Of a DNA stretch of 64,000 nt, positions 41,478 to 52,114 are shown piece by piece. The notes below the pieces were generated by a model that worked only from the letters and a program-made list of their open reading frames with translations, was not told the DNA's origin and did no database searches. Location of the stretch: NCBI GenBank assembly GCA_963662285.2, contig CAXXMV010000006.1, positions 1,376,001 to 1,440,000 of the forward strand, given 5' to 3'. The stretch comes from a bacterium. Lineage in GTDB: Bacteria; Hinthialibacterota; Hinthialibacteria; Hinthialibacterales; Hinthialibacteraceae. Each line of letters starts with the position of its first letter. The first letter of the stretch is position 1. Made by a program: the position numbers and the translations under genes.

Positions 41478-42845
41478 TTAACCAGCTGATCTCCCATCAT
41501 CAACCGCATCCGAACAATAGATATGATCCCAGATTGAATCCAGGATTTTGATTGCTTGGTCAAGCGGCTGCACGCGGCACTTGCCTTTATCGTCTTTGGA
41601 TAGCAGATGAGCCATTTCTGTTTTTTCGCCTTGCTCGCTGGATGTTGAGATTTCCCCGGATAGTTTTCTCAGTTTATCAAGCGCGTCTTCGATGTCGAAA
41701 TCTATGCGGGTGTCAAATTTTTTTTCAAACCAGGTTTCGATGAAGGCGTCCAGTTCTGGTTTTGTCATCCCCTCTTCGCAAGTGAGCAGGTGGTAGTAAG
41801 TCAGGATGGCTTCTTTACATTCTTCTTCTTCTGCGGAATCAATTAAGGTTTGGAAGACGCTGGCGTTGACGCTTATATTACGGAAAAAAAGCGTCTGAGT
41901 TACATCGTTAAGAAAGGCCACCCATTTGTTTTTGTAATTCATATACTGCTTCAGAGCGAAACCGCCCAGAGTTACCGTGACTGACAAAATAATAAGCAGT
42001 AAAGGATATATTTCATGAATATCAGGAATGCTATTCTTATCAATCGGCAGCCAGTCTAAAAATGATGTCAGTCCCAGCATGAGCAGGATTAGTCCAATCA
42101 GGACACCGAGACTGGGCAGCACTTTGACCAGCGTGGTTAATCCCAGCCCACAGGCGGGTACGAAAAACATGATTCGGTCTTTCAAGGTCATGCTTACTTT
42201 TACGTTGGGGAAAAGAATTTCCAAATCGGCTTTGGGAACGTTCTTGTAATAAAAAATATAGGTGCATCCGGGTTTGAAACGGAGTTTTTTTACATCGACG
42301 CCTTTCTCTTCAAAATACTTCTGATCCTTATATTTCAGCAGAAGGATAACCCGCTCGAAAAGTTCGAACTCTACCTTCTTGGGATAAAACGGCAGGAATT
42401 TCAACATCGTGGTAGACGATTTGGCGCCTCTGGAGAAAAACAGATAACGGTCAAAGGCATCGAAATCGACATCAATATTAAGCTGAATTAGGGTTTTATC
42501 CTTAAAAGCGTTGAGCAGATCATCCTCAGACAGGGGGTGAAAATTGGCTTTTTTGAGTAAGTGTTCAAAGTCACTATAAAACTGATCGGATCGCTTTTCA
42601 TCATCACGCTTAGTGTCTTTATGAAACGTTTTGAAATGAGTATCAGGATTAGCGGGCGAAAAACAATCTTTCAAGCGCTCTAATACGGCATGAAAACTAT
42701 AATGGTAGTAAGCCGTCAGGATATCGCAAAAGGTTTTGAATTTTTTCTTTCCATTTTCATCCAGTTTATCATCAGCTAAACACATCTCGATCACGTCGGA
42801 TCGTCGATAAGGTATGAACATCTCTTTTTGTATCTCTTTCTTCAT
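41478..42845 (-). CDS. DUF3754 / TMEM143-family membrane protein
   Basis: Start MKKEIQ; FIPYRR, KNVPKADLEILFPN, LFFRN, LIDSAEEEECKEAILTY, DFDIEDALDKL. Confidence 0.8.
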   Translation of the reverse strand: MKKEIQKEMFIPYRRSDVIEMCLADDKLDENGKKKFKTFCDILTAYYHYSFHAVLERLKDCFSPANPDTHFKTFHKDTKRDDEKRSDQFYSDFEHLLKKANFHPLSEDDLLNAFKDKTLIQLNIDVDFDAFDRYLFFSRGAKSSTTMLKFLPFYPKKVEFELFERVILLLKYKDQKYFEEKGVDVKKLRFKPGCTYIFYYKNVPKADLEILFPNVKVSMTLKDRIMFFVPACGLGLTTLVKVLPSLGVLIGLILLMLGLTSFLDWLPIDKNSIPDIHEIYPLLLIILSVTVTLGGFALKQYMNYKNKWVAFLNDVTQTLFFRNISVNASVFQTLIDSAEEEECKEAILTYYHLLTCEEGMTKPELDAFIETWFEKKFDTRIDFDIEDALDKLRKLSGEISTSSEQGEKTEMAHLLSKDDKGKCRVQPLDQAIKILDSIWDHIYCSDAVDDGRSAG

Positions 42846-42944
42846 TGGCGCCCTCACTACAAAGCAAAGGTGATAATCAGTGTAACAAGTTAACTGTTTG
42901 AAGCGTCTGCAATAATATATATAGGTAACGATTATCAAATCTCC

Positions 42945-43256
42945 GTAGGGGTAACTCTTGTGGTTACCCGATTACGAAACATCTTTGGATTTTACAATCT
43001 CCCTCACCTTAGCCCTCTCTTTGTGGGAGGGATATGCAACCACCAACGCGTAGGGTGGGCTAAAAGCGAAGCGTAGCCCACCAAGTATAACTAGAGCAGG
43101 CATTTCAATGCAATTTCATCACCTGTTTTTACGTTGATCCAACCGCTCTCCCTGAGGTGAGCGGATTGGGATATTCAGCCCTCCACTGGCTTCCAGTTCA
43201 TCGAAGAGTTGTTTTTTCATAGCTCGTAGGGTGGGTCGCGCCTCACCGACCCACCA
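42945..43256 (+). repeat. cluster of GTAG-type REP palindromes (42945-42970, 43049-43083, 43225-43256) plus an inverted family-A copy (43001-43032)
   Basis: GTAGGGGTAAC-n-GTTACCC; CGTAGGGTGGGCTA-n-TAGCCCACC; CGTAGGGTGGGTCG-n-CGACCCACC. Confidence 0.75.
43118..43223 (-). repeat. 106-bp direct repeat: orphan copy of the 3' end of sulfatase 44762-46303 (other copy at 44761-44866)
   Basis: 103/106 identical; encodes AMKKQLFDELEASGGLNIPIRSPQGERLDQRKNR* in both copies. Confidence 0.95.
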
Positions 43257-43295
43257 AAAACCACCCTCTCCAACCAACAACCCGCCAAAACAAAA

Positions 43296-44684
43296 TTACT
43301 TTGACATAACTTCCTTTTCCCAACTTTCAATCGCCTTTTTAAGTTTAGATACAATCTCCGGGTGTTTATCCTTTAAGTCAATTTTTTCACCGGGATCTTC
43401 TTTGAGGTTGTGAAGCAGCACCGGCGCCTCTGCGTCTTTGCCAAACTCGGCCTTTGCGTTCAGCAGAAGTTTCCAATCCCCCCTGCGTACAACGCGTTGT
43501 TTGTCTAATGCCCAGAAAAGGTCATCGTTCCGGTGAGGGCTTTTATCTTGGTTGGTTATGGTCGGCATAATATCCTTGCCATCATAAACGCGATCCGTTG
43601 GCAGTGATCCTCCAATAGCATTCATCACTGTGGGGAACACATCCATAGTTATACCCACTTCATTGATTACCTGTCCAGCCGGAATAATTCCCGGCCAGCT
43701 GGCAATAGCGGGAACTCTGATTCCACCTTCGTACAGGCCGCCCTTGCCGCCCCGGAAATCGCCGGAACTTCCGCCAGTGTAGTATTGGTGTGAATCATCC
43801 AATAAGTTACGGGCTTCGGATGATGGGCCATTATCGCTGATGAAGAAAATCAGTGTATCATCGAAGAGATCGCAACGTTTCAGTTCGTCGATAATTCTAC
43901 CCACGCCATCATCGAGCACGGAAACCATGGCGGCTTGAATGCGACGGTGAGGATCGTCGATATGCTTGAATCGTTCAGTATATTCCGGGGGAGCATGCAT
44001 GGGATAGTGGGGGGCATTGAATGGTACGTACATGAAAAAAGGTTTTTCCCGGTTGTCGCGGACAAAGCGGGACGCCTCGCGAATTATGATATCGTTGAAA
44101 TAGACGCCATTTTCCCAAACGGTTTTATCGTTTTTCCATAGGTCATGCATTGGTAGGCCGGACCAATAGAAAATATGGGAATAATAATCGATGCAGCCAT
44201 TGATGAAACCATAGAATTCATCGAAACCTTGATCGTTGGGACGGCATCCTTCGGCGCTGCCTTGGTGCCACTTTCCAAAAACTCCGGTGCGGTATCCCTC
44301 TTTTTTTAAGGCTTCGGCCATGGTGATCGCTGTTGGCGACATGCCCATTTTATTGAAACCGGCAGGAATATTTCCCATCACGCCGCTACGCTGCTGATAT
44401 CGGCCTGTGAGTAAAGCAGTGCGTGAAGGAGAACAGACTGGACAATTTGAATACCAGTCTGTGAAGCGCGTTCCCTTAGCGGCTAACGAATCAATATGGG
44501 GAGTCTTAACATCCTTACCCCCGTAACATCCCACATCACCGAAACCTTGATCGTCGGAATAAAGGATAACCACATTTGGTTTCTTCTTATTGTTAGATTG
44601 AGCTAGACTGCTGGTTCCACTTAACAACGAAAGCGAAGCTAACGCTGTGGTTGATAGAAAATCTCTTCGTTTACATTTATCCAT
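43296..44684 (-). CDS. Tat-exported arylsulfatase (S1 family)
   Basis: Start MDKCKRRDFL; SDDQG, CSPSRTALLTG, GKWH, SDNG, YEGGIRVP. Confidence 0.92.
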   Translation of the reverse strand: MDKCKRRDFLSTTALASLSLLSGTSSLAQSNNKKKPNVVILYSDDQGFGDVGCYGGKDVKTPHIDSLAAKGTRFTDWYSNCPVCSPSRTALLTGRYQQRSGVMGNIPAGFNKMGMSPTAITMAEALKKEGYRTGVFGKWHQGSAEGCRPNDQGFDEFYGFINGCIDYYSHIFYWSGLPMHDLWKNDKTVWENGVYFNDIIIREASRFVRDNREKPFFMYVPFNAPHYPMHAPPEYTERFKHIDDPHRRIQAAMVSVLDDGVGRIIDELKRCDLFDDTLIFFISDNGPSSEARNLLDDSHQYYTGGSSGDFRGGKGGLYEGGIRVPAIASWPGIIPAGQVINEVGITMDVFPTVMNAIGGSLPTDRVYDGKDIMPTITNQDKSPHRNDDLFWALDKQRVVRRGDWKLLLNAKAEFGKDAEAPVLLHNLKEDPGEKIDLKDKHPEIVSKLKKAIESWEKEVMSK

Positions 44685-44761
44685 TATTGCACCTCTAATG
44701 GTTAATATCATTATCACTATATTACCCAACTATAACCCAATGGGAAATGATTGCTTTGTTA

Positions 44762-46303
44762 TCACCTATTTTTACGTTGATCCAACCGCTCTCCCTGAGG
44801 TGAGCGGATTGGGATATTCAGCCCTCCGCTGGCTTCCAGTTCGTCGAAGAGTTGTTTTTTCATAGCCTCAATTCGTTCCTGGTAGGCTGGAACCTTGATC
44901 AGATTATGCCGTTCATGAGGATCGGTCTGTAAATCATAGAATCCATCGTGATCCCACACTCCGTAGTAATAAATGTACTTATATCTTTCAGTCCTAATAG
45001 ATAAGACGGTTGGAGTGGCGGGAAAATTCCATTCCCAGTGATATTCATAAAGAATATGGTCGCGCCAGGTAGTGGATTTACCCTGTAATAACGGGAGGAA
45101 TGATTCGCCATCCATCTTGGCTTGCGCAGGCGCTGCAATTCCAGCCATATCCAATATAGTGGGAGCGATATCAATATTCTGCACCATCTGGCTTACTTTA
45201 GTATTTGGCTTAATCACGCCGGGAGCGTAGGCCAGCATGGGCACGCGGATAGACTCCTCGAAAGCGTCGCGCTTATCATAGAAGCCATGCTCGCCAAGCG
45301 CAAAGCCGTTATCTCCCATGTAGATTACAGTGGTGTTTTCGCTCAAACCATTCTCATCCAGAAAATCCAGCACGCGCCCCAGATTCTCATCCAATCCATG
45401 CACCGTCTCGCAATACTGATGGTACAGATCATCAAACGAAGTAACCGGATCATTATCGTATTGCCCGGTCTCCATGTGATCAATACCGTGGATGCTGTAG
45501 CGCCGTTCGCGCACCCAGTGCGGTTGGGTTTGATAATTGCGTTCTGTATCGGCCATAGTTTCAGGACGCTCAACTTTTTCATTTTTGTAACGTCCCCGAT
45601 AACGCGGCGCCGGTTGGAATGGGTAATGAACCGCTTTGTAGGATAGATACATGAAAAACGGCTGATCATCATCCTGCTCGTTTTTAAGCCAACCGAGCGC
45701 ACGATCCGTCAAGACATCAGTAGTATATCCTTCAAATTGCTGATGCTCTCCGTTTATATTAAGCGTAGGATTGTTATATGCTCCCTGGCCTTTTAAACTA
45801 GCCCAATAGTCAAAACCCGGACGGGGATTATCATGCTCGTGTCCCATGTGCCATTTGCCGATAAACGCAGTTTTGTAGCCGTCTTGCTGCATATATTTCG
45901 GGAAGAACACAGTTCCTTCCGGCTCCGCCCTCTGATTATCAACGATTTGATGATGATGCATGTACTGTCCGGTAAGGATCGAGGCTCTACTCGGTGAGCA
46001 CAGTGAGGTGCTGACAAACGCGTTCTCTAAATGCACTCCCTGACGCGCCATGCGATCCATGTTGGGCGTCTCCAGAAAAGAGGGCGATTCTTTCATGAAT
46101 CCCATAAAATCATAACGGTGATCATCGCTCAGAACGAAGATAATATTCCGTTTCTTTCCCTTATTTATTGTCGCCGCGTCAGTTGGTCGGGTCTTGGCTG
46201 ATAAAGCCAGCGCCGCCATACCGCTGCTGGTGGTTTTGATAAAGTTACGCCGGGTTGACTGGGATTGTAATGAAGAAGAGATGCCATAATTATTTTTCTG
46301 CAT
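44762..46303 (-). CDS. Tat-exported sulfatase (N-acetylglucosamine-6-sulfatase-like)
   Basis: TRRNFIK; SDDHR, CSPSRASILTG, GKWH, KAVH, GDNG..GEHG..DKR. Confidence 0.92.
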   Translation of the reverse strand: MQKNNYGISSSLQSQSTRRNFIKTTSSGMAALALSAKTRPTDAATINKGKKRNIIFVLSDDHRYDFMGFMKESPSFLETPNMDRMARQGVHLENAFVSTSLCSPSRASILTGQYMHHHQIVDNQRAEPEGTVFFPKYMQQDGYKTAFIGKWHMGHEHDNPRPGFDYWASLKGQGAYNNPTLNINGEHQQFEGYTTDVLTDRALGWLKNEQDDDQPFFMYLSYKAVHYPFQPAPRYRGRYKNEKVERPETMADTERNYQTQPHWVRERRYSIHGIDHMETGQYDNDPVTSFDDLYHQYCETVHGLDENLGRVLDFLDENGLSENTTVIYMGDNGFALGEHGFYDKRDAFEESIRVPMLAYAPGVIKPNTKVSQMVQNIDIAPTILDMAGIAAPAQAKMDGESFLPLLQGKSTTWRDHILYEYHWEWNFPATPTVLSIRTERYKYIYYYGVWDHDGFYDLQTDPHERHNLIKVPAYQERIEAMKKQLFDELEASGGLNIPIRSPQGERLDQRKNR

Positions 46304-46473
46304 AATGCACCTGGAATCTAAAATATGGTATTGATATTAAATTCAATATATTTAAGCATACTTAAGTAGTCGAGTATATTGATATATTGATGGGTATGAT
46401 TTAGCATATATTGGTATCTAAGGGAGAATCTTGTAAAAACAATACTCATTTATAAAGCGAAGGGGAAATATCC

Positions 46474-47739
46474 ATGAAACGACGCGATTTTTTAAAGAAG
46501 TCCACCGCAGCGACGCTTGGGGCGGCGGCGCCATTTATTATTCCAACAGAGGTCTTTGGTTCGCAAAACCGCCCCGGCGCTAACGACCGGATTGTGGTTG
46601 GTTTTGTCGGGGTTGGAGGCCGCGCCCGTTGGATAATGAAATACGATGAAATGCCGGATGCGCAGATTGTGGCGGTCGCCGACTGTTATAAAAAGCGTTT
46701 CAGCGATCTGGCCAAGGAAATTAAGCCATCGATAAAATGGAACAAATATGATGACTATCATGAGATGTTCGAGAAGGAAAAACTGGACGCTGTCTTTGTC
46801 GAAACGCCGACCCACGCGCGGGTTTTGATTTTAATCCAAGCCATGCAGGCCGGTTTGGATGTTTATGGAGAAAAGCCATTAACCCTGACTATCGCCGAGG
46901 GCCGCACCCTGGTCAACACGGCGCGTAAACTTAAGCGGATTCTTCAGACAGGCACCCAGCAGCGTTCAATGCCTATCAACCGCTATGCCAGTAAACTGGT
47001 TCATAGTGGCGCTATTGGCAAAATCCACACTGTCAGAGTATGTAATTTTGAAGGCCCTAAAACCTGGGTTCCAAAACCGGGACAACCTATGCCCAAAGGA
47101 TTGAACTGGGATCAATGGTGCAACCAGACGGAATTGCGCCCCTATCACGAAGACCTGCATGTCAGATGGAACTGGTGGCGTGATTACGATGGCGGCGGCC
47201 GCTCCTGGGGCGTTACAGGATGGGGCACTCACTCATTTGATCAGGTGCAATGCGGACTGGGAACCGATACAACTGGTCCGGTTGAAATATGGCCTGAAGG
47301 TAAAGGCGAAACAGCTGATGTAACTATGCGCTACGCCAGTGGAACGCTATTGAAAATGGATGGCAAGCGTCGGCAGCACGAAGATTTAGGCGGCATCTTC
47401 CTGGGCGAGGAAGGTAAAATAGAAATCCTGCGGGGCAATTTCCTTACTGATAAGAAGGAATTGTTAAAAGACGCTCCACCTCCCACACCAGAAGGCGCTC
47501 ATGAATGCGAGCCGCATTTTAAGAACTTCTTCGATTGCATCCGATCACGTGAACTGCCCAACGCCGATGTTGAGATCGGTCACCGTTCAACCACGGTCTG
47601 CTACCTGGTCAACATCTGCCGCGACTTAGGGCGCAAACTGAAGTGGGATCCAGATAAAGAACAATTTATAGGAGACGATGAAGCCAATAAAATGCTATCA
47701 CGTCCCCGTCGTGAAGGATTTGAATTACCAAAGATTTAA
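46474..47739 (+). CDS. Tat-exported Gfo/Idh/MocA family oxidoreductase
   Basis: MKRRDFLK; GVGGRA; GEKP; QTGTQQRS; WGTH..D. Confidence 0.9.
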   Translation: MKRRDFLKKSTAATLGAAAPFIIPTEVFGSQNRPGANDRIVVGFVGVGGRARWIMKYDEMPDAQIVAVADCYKKRFSDLAKEIKPSIKWNKYDDYHEMFEKEKLDAVFVETPTHARVLILIQAMQAGLDVYGEKPLTLTIAEGRTLVNTARKLKRILQTGTQQRSMPINRYASKLVHSGAIGKIHTVRVCNFEGPKTWVPKPGQPMPKGLNWDQWCNQTELRPYHEDLHVRWNWWRDYDGGGRSWGVTGWGTHSFDQVQCGLGTDTTGPVEIWPEGKGETADVTMRYASGTLLKMDGKRRQHEDLGGIFLGEEGKIEILRGNFLTDKKELLKDAPPPTPEGAHECEPHFKNFFDCIRSRELPNADVEIGHRSTTVCYLVNICRDLGRKLKWDPDKEQFIGDDEANKMLSRPRREGFELPKI

Positions 47740-47804
47740 TTCTGATAATAGCATTTCGATTATGATTAAACGTCAATTGGTAATTCTAAGGTTTTAGAAA
47801 ACAA

Positions 47805-47945
47805 CCCCCTCTTGAATTCTCCCCCAAACTTGGGGGAGAGGGGTTTTGATGTATAAATTGTTATGTTGATTGGACTTAGGTGTACAAAATGCTTTAGTCA
47901 TATATTCCTCTCACAAGATTGGGAGAGGTTAGGAGAGGGTTGATA
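47805..47945. repeat. two family-A REP-like palindromes (47805-47843, 47903-47945) between convergent genes
   Basis: tctcccccaaacttgggggaga; tattcctctcacaagattgggagaggttaggagagggttgata. Confidence 0.7.
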
Positions 47946-48040
47946 TTGGCAATCTTTGCAGAAGAATATCTGATTCATACAAACAAAGGGCATGGAGAAA
48001 AACTCCATGCCCTTTTGAATAGTAATTATTTCTTTGTTTA

Positions 48041-49609
48041 CTATACGAAGAAGAGGAAGGTAATTAACAGGAAGACTGGCAGCAGGATGGTGCATGCATA
48101 CATGAACAGGTATCCAAAGAAACTGGGCATTGGAGTGCCTGATTCTTCAGCAATGGAACGAACCATAAAGTTAGGAGCATTCCCGATGTATGTACATGCG
48201 CCAAAGAATACCGCGCCCGCTGAAACCGCTTTCAGATAAATTGCTTTGTTGGCGATCAAAGACGCTACTGCTTCCGGTTCAGCTATGCCCGGATAGAATT
48301 TGCCAATGGCGCTGGTGAAGAAGGTCAAGTAGGTCGGAGCATTATCCAGGAAGCTGGAAAGGGCGCCGGTGATCCAGAAATAATGCCAGGGTTGCTGCAC
48401 TGATGCGACTAAACTCGCCGCAGCGCCATTCTCTCCCGCTTTCAAAATGGCTAGACATGGAATCATGGTCATGAAGATTCCCGCAAATAGGTATGCTACT
48501 TCTACAATTGGGAACCAAGTGAATTCATTATCTTTCCGCAATGATTGGGGAGTGGATTTAAGCGAAATGATGCCAAGAATTACCAATATGGCGTCGCGTA
48601 AGTAATCCTGGATTCCACGATGGACGCCGAGGATAGTAACTTCTCCCATATCGTAGAGACCACTCATCAATACCGCCCCTACAACTCCGCCAAGGAATAT
48701 AAAGTTATACGAACCAGTTAATTTTAACGGTTCTTTCTCTAAAGATGCATCTGGCTTGATCCCCTCTTTTTTATACATAATCAAATCGATGATGTAATAG
48801 ATAATCAGAAGGATAACTACAGCGACCAGCATGTGAGGCAGAAGGTTAAATGTCCAGAAGAACGGAACGCTATGCAGGAAGCCCAGGAATAGTGGAGGAT
48901 CTCCCAATGGAGTTAACGAACCGCCTATGTTGGCTACCAGGAAGATAAAGAACACTACCATGAATGTACGGTTTTTGCGGTGTTTGTTGGCGCGTAGGAA
49001 AGGACGAATCATCAGCATTGCAGCGCCAGTGGTTCCCATCCATGATGCCAGAAAAGTACCGATTGCAATCATGATTGTGTTGACGACTGGCGTTCCGACC
49101 AGCGTCCCACGCAGAAGAATGCCGCCTGAAATGGTATACAGCGCCCATAGCAGGATAATAAATGGGACGTAATCGAGAATATAAATATGCAATATCTCAT
49201 GAACAGCGCTCCCTCCATAAGCAATCAAAAATGGAATAGCTAAGGTTGCAGCCCAGAATGCCGATATCTTGGGGAAATGATGATGCCAGAAATGAGGCGC
49301 GAATAATGGAAGCAATGCAATAGAGAGAAGTATTCCAACAAATGGAATGCAAGTCCACATCGGCAAACTTTCACCCAGATTCACTTTAGTTCCATGACCA
49401 CTTTCGCCATGTTTAGCAACTGCCTGTTCATCCTTCCCCACTGTCGAATCATTACTATGTTCGCCAGCGCTTTGGGCTTCATGGCTAGTATCTGCTTGGG
49501 CGATCAGGGTGGTCGAATCTGAAATCGGATCAGCGGCGCTAACGTCAACCGCTAAACCAGACAGACTGATAAAAAGCCCGGCCATTAACAAAAAACAAAG
49601 TTGTTTCAT
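48041..49609 (-). CDS. sodium:proton antiporter / putative citrate transporter (IT superfamily)
   Basis: ~12 TMs; GTTGAAMLMIRP, VANIGGSLTPLGDPPLFLG, LSSFLDNAPTY, TYIGNAPNFMV. Confidence 0.85.
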   Translation of the reverse strand: MKQLCFLLMAGLFISLSGLAVDVSAADPISDSTTLIAQADTSHEAQSAGEHSNDSTVGKDEQAVAKHGESGHGTKVNLGESLPMWTCIPFVGILLSIALLPLFAPHFWHHHFPKISAFWAATLAIPFLIAYGGSAVHEILHIYILDYVPFIILLWALYTISGGILLRGTLVGTPVVNTIMIAIGTFLASWMGTTGAAMLMIRPFLRANKHRKNRTFMVVFFIFLVANIGGSLTPLGDPPLFLGFLHSVPFFWTFNLLPHMLVAVVILLIIYYIIDLIMYKKEGIKPDASLEKEPLKLTGSYNFIFLGGVVGAVLMSGLYDMGEVTILGVHRGIQDYLRDAILVILGIISLKSTPQSLRKDNEFTWFPIVEVAYLFAGIFMTMIPCLAILKAGENGAAASLVASVQQPWHYFWITGALSSFLDNAPTYLTFFTSAIGKFYPGIAEPEAVASLIANKAIYLKAVSAGAVFFGACTYIGNAPNFMVRSIAEESGTPMPSFFGYLFMYACTILLPVFLLITFLFFV

Positions 49610-50155
49610 TTCATATCACCTTTCATTAACTTGTTTTACATATATCTTTGACAAAGCCCAGATGTTATTGCTGAATTGGTTGATCAGATAACATCTGTCA
49701 TTGTTGATAAACTGATTTATAATTAATTAACTATCTTGAATCCAAATGTAGTGTGAAGTCTCGCAAAGCGCTTTTCAACATGAACATATAAAAACCTGCG
49801 TCCTTAAAAGCGTATTTGCCTTCAAGTAAAAAGGCAAGGAACAATCTTCATTTTACGCAAATTAATCTTGTGCTTGAAACAGTTATAATTGTTTAGTGAA
49901 AAACTGTTTTGAAAAACCTTGCATCCGTTTGACGCCAAAATATATCATTAACTTAACTACTTATTAATGAATATCTTAAAATGATATAAGATGTAATTAG
50001 CATGAATATTTATTCAATAAATTTCTAGAAAATTATCAGCATTGTAAAACTTGCTTGATTTGCTTTTAAATAAAAATAAGTTATTTTAATGGTGTTGATG
50101 AATATTTTTTTGAATTCCACTAATCAGCATATTTTCAGCATCTTATAATCTAAAA

Positions 50156-51130
50156 ATGAGTGTGATGATAATGAACGACTTTGAAAAAAAGATTGAGAAT
50201 TCGACCGGGAGTGAATTACATTGCTCTGAAATCGATATTATTCAAGTTAACATCGGGCTGATTTGCAACCAGCAGTGCGCTCATTGCCATGTAGCCGCAT
50301 CACCCAAGCGTAAAGAGGTCATGCCTTGGCCGACCATGGAACTGGTTCTTAAGGCGGCCAGGCGCGTTAGAGCCAGAATGGTGGATATAACTGGCGGCGC
50401 CCCGGAACTCAATCCACATTTCCGGCGTTTTATCGATGCTCTAGCTAAAGATGACTTTACAATCGGCGTTCATACCAATCTTACCGTGCTGCTTGAAGAG
50501 GGTATGGAGGATATGCCGGAGATTTATAAATCTCACCGCATCCAGTTAGTTGGATCATTGCCTTGCTATCTTGAAGAGAATGTGGATCGTCAGCGGGGCA
50601 GTGGAGTATATCAACAGAGCATTGAAGCATTAAAACTTTTGAATTCAATTGGTTATGGAATTGAATCAGAGTTAAAACTGAATCTGGTTTATAATCCCGC
50701 CGGGCCGGTTCTTCCTCCGAACCAGAAACTATTGGAAGAAGATTACCGTAGAGAATTGATGCAGCGCTTTGGAATTTCGTTCACCAATCTTATTACTATA
50801 ACCAATATGCCAATCGGTCGCTTTCAGACCCAGTTAAACAAACAGCATAAAGGAGTCGAGTATATGCAATTACTCAAAGATTCCTTTAATCCGCATACCA
50901 TCGAAGGATTGATGTGCCGTCACCAAATCAGCGTTAACTGGGACGGGACAATTTATGACTGTGATTTTAATCTGGCCTTGAAATGGCCCGTCAATCATGG
51001 ATCTCCCACGAAAATACAGAATTTTGATCCATCGCCTTTGTCTTCGCGAAAAATTGTTACCGGCGAGCACTGTTTCGGCTGTACAGCTGGATTCGGATCA
51101 TCCTGTTCCGGCGCTTTAACTGATGCTTGA
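50156..51130 (+). CDS. arsS: radical SAM/Cys-rich DUF3641 protein (ArsS-like)
   Basis: QVNIGLICNQQCAHCH, DITGGAPE, SLPCY, NLVYNP, TNMPI, LMCR, DCDFN, HCFGCTAG.GSSC. Confidence 0.85.
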   Translation: MSVMIMNDFEKKIENSTGSELHCSEIDIIQVNIGLICNQQCAHCHVAASPKRKEVMPWPTMELVLKAARRVRARMVDITGGAPELNPHFRRFIDALAKDDFTIGVHTNLTVLLEEGMEDMPEIYKSHRIQLVGSLPCYLEENVDRQRGSGVYQQSIEALKLLNSIGYGIESELKLNLVYNPAGPVLPPNQKLLEEDYRRELMQRFGISFTNLITITNMPIGRFQTQLNKQHKGVEYMQLLKDSFNPHTIEGLMCRHQISVNWDGTIYDCDFNLALKWPVNHGSPTKIQNFDPSPLSSRKIVTGEHCFGCTAGFGSSCSGALTDA

Positions 51131-51151
51131 TGAAGATGAACCGCCCTAGAG

Positions 51152-52003
51152 GTGATTATTATGTCAATCTACAAACGAAGCATCGTCTTATTTACAATCA
51201 TTACCATTTCTATAAGTTTTTCATGGTCTAGCGACAACAATCAATCTAATGAACTGGATTATTCTCAATATGCTTCTGTTCTTTCTATGCATGTGAATGA
51301 AAAAGGCGGTGTGAATTATAAAACTCTTAAAGTAAACCGGGAGTACTTGGATTCTTTCACCAATTCTTTAGCAATCTTGAAACAATCTGCTTATGACGCA
51401 TGGCCTGAAAATGACCAGCTGGCCTTTTGGATCAATGCATACAACGCGCTTACCCTCAAAGTTATCTTGGATAATTATCCTATTAAAGCGTCGTTTCTTG
51501 GTTCATTACGCTTCCCCAAAAACAGCATCCGCCAGATTTCCGGGGTTTGGGATACAATCACGTTCAAGGTTATGGGTAACAATATGACCCTGAATGATAT
51601 CGAGCATGATGTGATCCGTAAGAAATTCTCTGATCCGCGCATCCATTTCGCTTTAGTCTGCGCCTCTGGCGGTTGCCCGCCATTACGTAATGAACCATTC
51701 ATAGGCGATGAACTTGATAAACAACTCGATGATCAGGTGCGGGATATGATTGCCGTATCTTCAAAGTTTCGCGTTGATCACAGCAGTAGAACCATCTTTT
51801 TATCTAAAATTCTCGATTGGTATGGCGATGACTTCATCGGGCAATATAAGCCATCCAAACCTACTGCGGGTAATTCAGCAAAACAACATGCATCTATCAA
51901 CTTTTTGGCTAAATATGTTGATGAAACCACCAGAAAGACACTACTTTCAACTGAATACCACATCTCATATCTGGAATATGACTGGTCGCTAAACCAGCAG
52001 TGA
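51152..52003 (+). CDS. exported DUF547 domain protein
   Basis: Signal; LAFWINAYNA, LNDIEH, DPRIHFALVCAS.GCP, LSKILDWY..DF, YDWSLN. Confidence 0.88.
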   Translation: MIIMSIYKRSIVLFTIITISISFSWSSDNNQSNELDYSQYASVLSMHVNEKGGVNYKTLKVNREYLDSFTNSLAILKQSAYDAWPENDQLAFWINAYNALTLKVILDNYPIKASFLGSLRFPKNSIRQISGVWDTITFKVMGNNMTLNDIEHDVIRKKFSDPRIHFALVCASGGCPPLRNEPFIGDELDKQLDDQVRDMIAVSSKFRVDHSSRTIFLSKILDWYGDDFIGQYKPSKPTAGNSAKQHASINFLAKYVDETTRKTLLSTEYHISYLEYDWSLNQQ

Positions 52004-52042
52004 TAGTTACAAGTATCTGAAATATCGTGCTTTAAAAAATAA

Positions 52043-52100
52043 TGACGACCGAAACGTCTCGGTCGCCACTTTCAACAATCTCGCCCGTATGGAGATTGTT
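52043..52100. terminator. two hairpins between convergent DUF547 and cheV genes
   Basis: gacgaccga-aacgtc-tcggtcgcc and aacaatctc-gcccgtatg-gagattgtt. Confidence 0.55.
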
Positions 52101-52114
52101 TTATATAATGGGTA

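Noticed and set aside
42945-43256. Repeat cluster as a CRISPR array or integron attC array
   Set aside because: Repeats are non-identical and irregularly spaced, with no cas or integrase gene; they fit REP elements
51090-51135. Selenocysteine readthrough in the ArsS-like gene (TGA TGA at the end)
   Set aside because: The Sec-equivalent position is TGT (Cys) and the TGA codons fall after the normal family end
51965-52003. DUF547 tail YLEYDWSLNQQ resembles the motif
   Set aside because: YDWxLN is the conserved end of the DUF547 family itself
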